From assembly GCA_947254705.1 (NCBI GenBank), contig CAMYCX010000001.1, positions 2,616 to 66,615 of the forward strand: a stretch of 64,000 nucleotides of DNA. Reading direction: 5' to 3'. Below are positions 58,401-64,000 of the stretch, one piece after another (positions within the stretch are counted from its first letter, which is position 1; each line of letters opens with the position of its first letter). The stretch comes from an uncultured Veillonellaceae bacterium (GTDB lineage Bacteria; Bacillota; Negativicutes; Veillonellales; Negativicoccaceae). The notes beneath the pieces were generated by a model. The model worked only from the letters and a program-made list of their open reading frames with translations. It had not been told where the DNA came from and searched no databases. A program made the translations under genes and the position numbers.

Positions 58401-58847
58401 TTTTCGGCGACGCCGCAAAGCGAAGAAGAGGTGCGCAAAGAAATCCTCAAGAGTTTGCGCTCGCGGGGGCTGTTTTTGGCGGATCGCGAGATTTTGCAGC
58501 AGGTGGATGACCGCTTGGGAACGGAGTGGTCGATGCTGGCGTTGCAGGTGAATCAGGACGGATCGTTCCGTAAGGGCAATCCGGTGGTGACACCGGCGAC
58601 ACTCAAGATGATTGTGAGCTATGTGGCGCAGTTGTTGCCGAATATTGTGGAACGGATTTTGGCGGGAGAAGTGGACATCGCTCCGGTGCGGCACAAAGGG
58701 CAGGATACGGCATGCAAGTATTGTCCGTATCGTCGTTTGTGCGGGTTTGACGTGCGAATGGGAAATACCTACCGTGATGTCGAGAAGATGGATGAGGACG
58801 AGGCCTTGGAAAAAATCAGAGCGGCAACGGAAGGAGCGGAAAAATGA
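55497..58847 (+). CDS. addB: ATP-dependent helicase/deoxyribonuclease subunit B
   Basis: 'YGRAGSGKS' Walker A, 1116 aa. C-terminal RecB-type nuclease with Fe-S Cys (CPFRF...CKYCPYRRLCGF). Followed by addA with 4-nt overlap. Confidence 0.9.
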   Translation: MAERIDVVYGRAGSGKSRLCYEEIGAWRSQCTAPAVLLVPDGISHTAERELADALGGGFADVDVVGMARLGYRVLTEVGAVRGAGVSVLGQQLIMRKLLLTEADELAVLGRAARQPHFAEEAVRVVHELMLYRITPEQLLAVRPQASERLGAKLADMGRLYGAYETYVRTHFPDGADRHEKLLAAIGASERLASAAVWIDGFSVFAPRDWEIVTALMRRAARVTLTITLDPDHPERAQAETDVFHRGYEIRRRLERDGFVVTERPLTGAPRFRVPSLARLERQAFGYDTVEAPAEGICVTAAQNRSEEVDAIMREMTRLVREEGYRWSDITVLLRDHTAYTDELVRACEHYEIPYFTDWQRTMRHEAPVRLMASVLAVAAYGWQTESVLGALKTGLLGIDGADRLEALCREYRVTARDWKRTSRWEFRSRRSLVAEEIPTAEQETEWEEIDAIRKAAQAAIGELVTALGAAQTVREQATAIYTWWTARGIFTRWLTADVQEEVKRSRRQVVERLIQILEEWVDVAGADAWSPEDTYRLWCDSMSGLSYRLIPPTLDHVTISTMESGDVTTQKIVFVPGQNEGVFPARPQSGGVWTDADRAELERLSLDVGPDVSRRTFRERAHLYTAWTRASERLYLSYAAGDAEGGALEISFALRRLIDRGLVPSPVAATPADVTAVWVRPRQALSLLPQALREPDVSAVWYGLYDWALQTTYASAALAWTRSLFYTNRAIRLRTATAHDLYAPKGAFHGSVTAFENYVSCPFRFFAEYGLRLRPSSEDILTSADYGQYLHAGLQVFGERLLADGRQWRDLTAQERDTVGREITDMIAPRVGQDVFGSDPFYGYVRTVLDRVLTDTVARLSTWSAHGRFDTVALEKAFRLHAGRVGDTDFFLRGVIDRLDRYRDPETGREYYLVIDYKTGSPKTDLADLYYGLQLQLATYLYATLTAEPDALPAGIMYVYVHDERADFSATPQSEEEVRKEILKSLRSRGLFLADREILQQVDDRLGTEWSMLALQVNQDGSFRKGNPVVTPATLKMIVSYVAQLLPNIVERILAGEVDIAPVRHKGQDTACKYCPYRRLCGFDVRMGNTYRDVEKMDEDEALEKIRAATEGAEK

Positions 58848-61800
58848 GTTGGACGGCGGCACAAACAGAGGCGATTCAGGCCCGCGGAGGTAACTTGTTG
58901 CTGGCAGCGGCGGCGGGATCGGGTAAGACCGCGGTGCTGGTCGAGCGCATGATCCGTCGCATATTGGATCCGCAGGAACCGGTCGCGATTACGGATATTT
59001 TGGTGATGACGTTTACGCGGGCGGCCGCACAGGAAATGCGACTGCGGATCGGTACGGCATTGGCGGCGGCACAAGCGGAGAATCCGTCTCCGTATCTGGA
59101 GCGGCAACTGGCATTGCTCGGGTCGGCGCAGATTTCGACGATTCACTCGTTTTGTCAGACGGTCATTCGACAATATTTTTATCGGGTGGATGTCGATGCG
59201 GGGTATCGACAGGGAACGGACAGCGAACTGGCACTGGGACGCTTGGAGGTGCTCGATGCGACACTGGCGGACGCTTACGCAACGGCAACGCCGTCATTTG
59301 TGGCATTGGCGGAATCGATGCGACGCAAGCAGAGTGACAAGGCGCTGCGCCAAGCGATTTTGGCGTTGTATGAATACAGCCGTTCCTTACCGTTCCCGCA
59401 GGACTGGCTCGAAACGTTGCCGGCGGCGTATACGGACGATGCCGCGCGTTTGCAGACGTTGACGGTACCGTTGTGGCGGTCATGGCAGGATTCGTTGGCT
59501 GGTGCGGCGCAGCGGCTGATGCAGGCGGCGCAGCGGCTGGATGACCCGGCGTTGACACCGTGGCGCGAGGTGCTGATCGCCGATGCGGAGGTGCTGGAAG
59601 AGATCATGGCGGCGCCGGACTGGAATGCGGCCTACGCGGCGGTAGGCACAATGACATTTGTCCGCTGGCCGGGCAAGAAACTGAAAGACGGGATCTTGCA
59701 CGAGCGAAAAGAAGAAGGCAAAAAAATACGCGATGCCGTCAAGAAAAAAGTCATCGCGTCGGTGACGGAGATGTTCGGCGGTCATCCTGATACATGGGGG
59801 GCGGAGCTGGCGGCGACGCGCCCGCAGATGGAGTCGCTGGTCGCGTTGACAACGGACTTTGCGACACGATTTGCCGCGTATAAAAAGAAAGAACGAATCA
59901 TCGACTTTTCCGATTTGGAGCATTTGTGTTTATCCTTGCTGCTGGCGCCGGACAGTACGCCCGACAAGCCGCGGCCTTCGGTGATTGCGCGCGAGATCGC
60001 CGCACAATATGCGGAAGTAATGGTGGACGAGTACCAGGATACCAATGCGGTACAGGAATTGATCGCATCGTTGGTGTCACGGGAGAATAATCGTTTTATG
60101 GTCGGTGATGTCAAGCAGAGTATTTATCGGTTTCGCTTGGCGGATCCGGGGATTTTTCTGGCTAAGTACGGATCCTATCGTGACGAGGCGGATGCACCGT
60201 GCCGTCGCATTTTACTGAACCGTAACTTTCGCAGTGACGGACGGATTTTAACGGCGGTCAATGATGTGTTTCGGACGGTGATGCAGCGGCCGCTCGCCGA
60301 GCTCGATTACGGAGATGAGGAAGCGCTGTATCCGGGACGGGTGACGGAAGCGCCGCCCGTCTCATGGGTGGCGGGGCCCGTTGCGGTGCGGGTGGTCACG
60401 GGCGAGTCCGACGAGACGCAAGAGGCCGCGGCGGCACAGGCGGAGGCCATCGCCCAAGAAATCCTGACCTTGCGCCGACGAGGCGTCACGGTGGCCCAAA
60501 AAGACGGTACGCAGATGCCGCTGCGCTGGCGGGATATTGTCATCCTGTTACGCTCGGTACAGACACGGGCGGAATGTTATGTCGATGCATTGCGCGCGGC
60601 GGGTATTCCCGTGTTTTCCGAACAGGCGGGCGGGTATTTTGCGGCGACGGAAGTGGCATTACTCTTGTCGTTGTTGACGGTGATCGATAATCCGTATTGT
60701 CCGACGGAAGTCATGGCGGTGCTGCGTTCACCGTTGGGCGGCTGGAATGAAGATGAATTGGCCGCGTTGGCGATCGCCTGTCGGGAGATGACGACCGCTT
60801 CGGCGGATGTGGTGCTGCGGTGCCGATTATCGCAAATGACGGCATTGCGATCGGAGACGGTGCAGCGGACGCAACGACTGCTGGCGCAGTTTGACGTGTG
60901 GCGGGAGTCGGCACGGACGGGCGGAGTGGCACCGCTCATTCGGCGGATTTATGAAGATACGGGCTATGCATTTTACGTCGGCGGACTGCCGGAGGGAGAT
61001 GTTCGTCGGGCCAATTTGGAAGCGTTGTATCGCCGTGCCGCCGAGTTTGATGACAGTGCGGGCGGCGGGTTGACACGCTTTGTCCGCTACTTGCAACGCT
61101 TGCAGCATGAAGAGCAAGATCTTTCCATACCGTCGGTGATCGGCGAGGGGGAAGATGCGGTGCGGATTATGACGATTCACAAGAGCAAGGGATTGGAATT
61201 TCCCGTGGTCTTTGTGGCGGAAATGCAACGTGAATTCAATCGGAATGATTGGCAGGGTCCCGTGTTGCTGCATCGGGATCTCGGAGCCGGGATTGTATAT
61301 TATGATCCCGCCCGGCGATTGACGTATCCGACGGTATTGTACCGAGCGGTCAAGGCACGGCTCGCGCAGGAGAGTCTCGCCGAAGAGCAACGGTTGTTGT
61401 ATGTCGCGATGACGCGTGCCCGCGACCGATTGTATTTGTACCGATATGCACCGACGGGAACGGATCCGATGGAGCAGACGCCGCCGGCACAGGCGACCTG
61501 CTATTGGGATTGGTTGGCGGCGGCGTTGGCCCGATACGGGGATCATCGCGATATATGGGAGATGCAGCTCGTGCCGGCGGCAGCGTCTGATATGGCAGCA
61601 CCATCGATGCCGGATGAACGGATGGACGCCGTTCGTCGCGGCGAGCCGACGGGAACCGTGCTTGCCACCGCACCGACGGTGCGTCTTGCATGGACGTATC
61701 CGGATCCGGAAGCGACGGGCCTACCCGCCAAAATGACGGTCACCGAGTTGCAACGACAAATCGCGCAGGGGGCGGATATGCCGCCGCTGCTGTATCCGTT

Positions 61801-62482
61801 GCAGGCGCGGCAAACGACGGTGGCGGAAGAAGGAGATACATCGGGGGCGGTACGTTTACTCGCAACGGCACCGACACTGACAGGGAGTCCGACGGAGGCG
61901 GCGGAAGAATGGGCGGCCGAATGGCGTGTGCCCGCCTTTCTCACCGAAACGCCGGAGGTCTTGCCGACCGGCGGCACGGATTACGGGACATTGGTACATC
62001 GCATCATGGAACGAATCGGACGGGAACGGGTGACGACGGACAATTTCTGCGCACGATTGGACGCATGGGTGGCCGCCGGCATCTTGACACCGGAGGAGCG
62101 GCAAACCCTGTCCGTGAAATCGTTTGAACGGTGGTTGCAAAGTCCGCTCTATGCGCGGATACGCGCTGCCGCATGGGCGCAGTTCGAATGTCCTTTCGGC
62201 CGGCTCGTGCCGGCATGCGAGCTGTTGCCCGGCACGGCGGCACGGGAACGGATTTTTCTGCAAGGGGTCATTGACTGCATTTTTGCCGAAGGAGATGAAT
62301 TGGTCATCGTCGATTATAAGACGGACCGGGTGGATCACGTTGACGTATTGCGGGAAAAATATCGTGAGCAGTTGGAGTTGTATCGGACGGCGGCGGAGCA
62401 TATTTGGCAGCGCCGCGTGAAATCCTGCGTGCTGTACTCGTACCGGTTGGGTGAAACGGTAGCGTGGCAGCCCGCACGATAA
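58844..62482 (+). CDS. addA: ATP-dependent helicase/nuclease subunit A (UvrD-like helicase + RecB nuclease)
   Basis: 'LLLAAAAGSGKTAVLVERMI' Walker A, 'VMVDEYQDTNAVQ' Walker B, C-terminal 'GVIDCIF...VIVDYKTD' nuclease motif. 1212 aa. Confidence 0.9.
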   Translation: MSWTAAQTEAIQARGGNLLLAAAAGSGKTAVLVERMIRRILDPQEPVAITDILVMTFTRAAAQEMRLRIGTALAAAQAENPSPYLERQLALLGSAQISTIHSFCQTVIRQYFYRVDVDAGYRQGTDSELALGRLEVLDATLADAYATATPSFVALAESMRRKQSDKALRQAILALYEYSRSLPFPQDWLETLPAAYTDDAARLQTLTVPLWRSWQDSLAGAAQRLMQAAQRLDDPALTPWREVLIADAEVLEEIMAAPDWNAAYAAVGTMTFVRWPGKKLKDGILHERKEEGKKIRDAVKKKVIASVTEMFGGHPDTWGAELAATRPQMESLVALTTDFATRFAAYKKKERIIDFSDLEHLCLSLLLAPDSTPDKPRPSVIAREIAAQYAEVMVDEYQDTNAVQELIASLVSRENNRFMVGDVKQSIYRFRLADPGIFLAKYGSYRDEADAPCRRILLNRNFRSDGRILTAVNDVFRTVMQRPLAELDYGDEEALYPGRVTEAPPVSWVAGPVAVRVVTGESDETQEAAAAQAEAIAQEILTLRRRGVTVAQKDGTQMPLRWRDIVILLRSVQTRAECYVDALRAAGIPVFSEQAGGYFAATEVALLLSLLTVIDNPYCPTEVMAVLRSPLGGWNEDELAALAIACREMTTASADVVLRCRLSQMTALRSETVQRTQRLLAQFDVWRESARTGGVAPLIRRIYEDTGYAFYVGGLPEGDVRRANLEALYRRAAEFDDSAGGGLTRFVRYLQRLQHEEQDLSIPSVIGEGEDAVRIMTIHKSKGLEFPVVFVAEMQREFNRNDWQGPVLLHRDLGAGIVYYDPARRLTYPTVLYRAVKARLAQESLAEEQRLLYVAMTRARDRLYLYRYAPTGTDPMEQTPPAQATCYWDWLAAALARYGDHRDIWEMQLVPAAASDMAAPSMPDERMDAVRRGEPTGTVLATAPTVRLAWTYPDPEATGLPAKMTVTELQRQIAQGADMPPLLYPLQARQTTVAEEGDTSGAVRLLATAPTLTGSPTEAAEEWAAEWRVPAFLTETPEVLPTGGTDYGTLVHRIMERIGRERVTTDNFCARLDAWVAAGILTPEERQTLSVKSFERWLQSPLYARIRAAAWAQFECPFGRLVPACELLPGTAARERIFLQGVIDCIFAEGDELVIVDYKTDRVDHVDVLREKYREQLELYRTAAEHIWQRRVKSCVLYSYRLGETVAWQPAR

Positions 62483-62629
62483 GAAGGGAAATCACGGAAA
62501 GGAGCGTGGCGGCGGGCAATGCCGTACCGGGGGTCTGACGGGGTGTGACCCGTTGCTGACGAAACGGTATTTTGTCCGAACGGCACGATACGAAGAAACG
62601 GAATGAATGTATTTTGTATGGATCGGGTC

Positions 62630-63361
62630 GGCTACGTCTATCGGCGTGGCGGCACCGCGCTGAAGGCACTTGACAAAGTGACGGGAACGATTGCGGCGGG
62701 AGAATTTGTTGCGCTTGTCGGCCCGTCCGGGTGCGGTAAGTCGACGTTATTGCGGTTGGCGGCGGGGTTATTGGCGCCGACGACAGGGCGGTTGTGGTGG
62801 CGCGGAGAGATAACGGCGCCGCGGACCGCGATGGTGTTTCAAGACGCCGGGCTTTTTCCGTGGCTGACGGTGCGGGACAATGTCGCGCTGGCATTGGAAC
62901 GGAGCGAGGACACACCCGCCGCCCGCAACGCGCGTGTTGACGAGAGGTTGTTACAGACGGGACTCATGCCGATGGCGCAGGCCTTGCCGGGAGAACTCTC
63001 GGGCGGGCAACGACAGCGGGTCGGAATCGCACGGGCCTTGGTGACCGCGCCCGATCTGCTGTTGCTTGATGAGCCGTTTTCCGCACTTGATGCCCAGACA
63101 CGCCGCTTGTTGGAAGAAGAATTGGTGCGGTATTGGGCGACATTGCGTCCCGCGACACTCTATGTGACGCATAACCTGACGGAAGCGGTACGTCTGGCGG
63201 ACCGGGTGTGGGTGATGACGGGCACGCCGGGACATATATTGGCCGAGCATCGTATCGGGATTCCCCGCGAGCAGCGGTATACCGCGGCGGCGGGGCCGAT
63301 GATTGCGGCGTTGACGGAAGAAATTTGGGCGCAAATTCGAGCGGCCGGGCCGGTGCGATGA
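62630..63361 (+). CDS. ABC transporter ATP-binding protein (NitT/TauT-type)
   Basis: 'GPSGCGKSTLLR' Walker A, 'LSGGQRQRVGIARAL' signature, 'LLLLDEPFSALD' Walker B. Confidence 0.85.
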   Translation, partial: GYVYRRGGTALKALDKVTGTIAAGEFVALVGPSGCGKSTLLRLAAGLLAPTTGRLWWRGEITAPRTAMVFQDAGLFPWLTVRDNVALALERSEDTPAARNARVDERLLQTGLMPMAQALPGELSGGQRQRVGIARALVTAPDLLLLDEPFSALDAQTRRLLEEELVRYWATLRPATLYVTHNLTEAVRLADRVWVMTGTPGHILAEHRIGIPREQRYTAAAGPMIAALTEEIWAQIRAAGPVR

Positions 63362-63402
63362 TGGCAGGGCGATCGGATCATGAGCACGGAAAGGAAGAAC
63401 GG

Positions 63403-64000
63403 ATGACATCGATAAAGGAAATCAATGTCCGTGTACATCTTCCGCTCACGGCGGCGACACCGTCGCAACGACAGACGGCGATCGGGATTGGTGTCGTGTT
63501 GTTGTGCTGGGAATGGATCGTGCGTGCGGGGTGGGTCGCGGCGGCGGTTTGTCCCGCGCCGTCGATGATTTTGACGGAGTTGGCGGCACTCGGGCACAGC
63601 GGCATATTGGGACCGGCACTACTGGCCAGCGGCATACGTTGGCTGACGGGGATGACGGCAGGGAGTATTGTCGGCATACTGGCGGCGGTGGCGGCGGGAC
63701 GTCGCACGGCGATCGGCGGGATCATCGTGCCGTGGGTGCATTTACTCTATCCCGTGCCGAAAATTGCCCTGTTGCCGCTCTTTATTTTATGGTTCGGTAT
63801 CGGTGAGTGGCCGAAAAGCATTATCATCGGATTAGGGGCGTTTTTCCCCGTATTCATTAATGTCTGGAACGGGATCCGCCGCCTGCCCCGCAGCTATGAC
63901 GAAGTGATCGCCGTCTATCCGGTCGGCACAGGGTATTATTTGCGACGGATCTTGTTGCCGGCACTGCTTCCCGCCGTGTTTGTCGGGTTGAAACTGGCGG
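63403..64000 (+). CDS. ABC transporter permease (NitT/TauT family), 3' end beyond window
   Basis: Hand-translated from ATG 63403 (MTSIKEINVRV...). Open to window end; hydrophobic with start of EAA-like region. Not in ORF track because no stop. Confidence 0.7.
   Translation, partial: MTSIKEINVRVHLPLTAATPSQRQTAIGIGVVLLCWEWIVRAGWVAAAVCPAPSMILTELAALGHSGILGPALLASGIRWLTGMTAGSIVGILAAVAAGRRTAIGGIIVPWVHLLYPVPKIALLPLFILWFGIGEWPKSIIIGLGAFFPVFINVWNGIRRLPRSYDEVIAVYPVGTGYYLRRILLPALLPAVFVGLKLA

Noticed and set aside
55556-58862. Numerous minus-strand ORFs (100-237 aa) inside addB/addA
   Set aside because: Antisense to long, motif-rich helicase-nuclease genes. Translations are Arg/Pro/Ser-rich junk.

Overview
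This 64-kb window is a replication-origin-proximal chromosomal segment of a Firmicutes-type bacterium (Clostridia- or Negativicutes-like gene order) with mixed base composition.

The core origin block is dnaA-dnaN-yaaA(S4)-recF-DciA(DUF721)-gyrB on the minus strand. It diverges from rpmH-rnpA-yidD-yidC-jag-mnmE-mnmG-rsmG-(PPK2)-parA-parB-DUF4446-M23 peptidase on the plus strand. DnaA-box clusters flank dnaA, and three identical parS palindromes lie around parAB. A brnQ transporter gene sits between dnaA and rpmH.

The left part carries msrA, an Eis-like GNAT/DUF2156 pair, a DnaQ-like exonuclease overlapping ogt, lrgAB, purB-purA, a DAACS symporter, a His-rich secreted protein, an ArsR/SmtB sensor and a DcuC transporter.

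The most striking feature is a roughly 7-kb low-GC island at about 13.2-20.3 kb. It forms a minus-strand operon of a GadC-like APC antiporter, an alanine-racemase-fold (ornithine/lysine racemase-like) enzyme, a fold-III PLP decarboxylase, a PotE/CadB-like antiporter and a MATE pump. This looks like a horizontally acquired amino-acid racemisation/decarboxylation-antiport module.

Next to the island is an odd acidic protein with tandem Cys-Asp repeats and a 24-residue polylysine tail.

The right part carries an RND efflux pair, an amino-acid permease, an MFS transporter, an orphan GltD-like oxidoreductase, tRNA-Arg(CCT), ychF, a possibly degenerate aminotransferase-like gene, an AEC transporter, an ADP-ribosylglycohydrolase, addB-addA and the start of an ABC transporter.

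No CRISPR, rRNA or obvious mobile-element genes were seen. All assignments are from reading the translated sequence and motifs; no database search was run.
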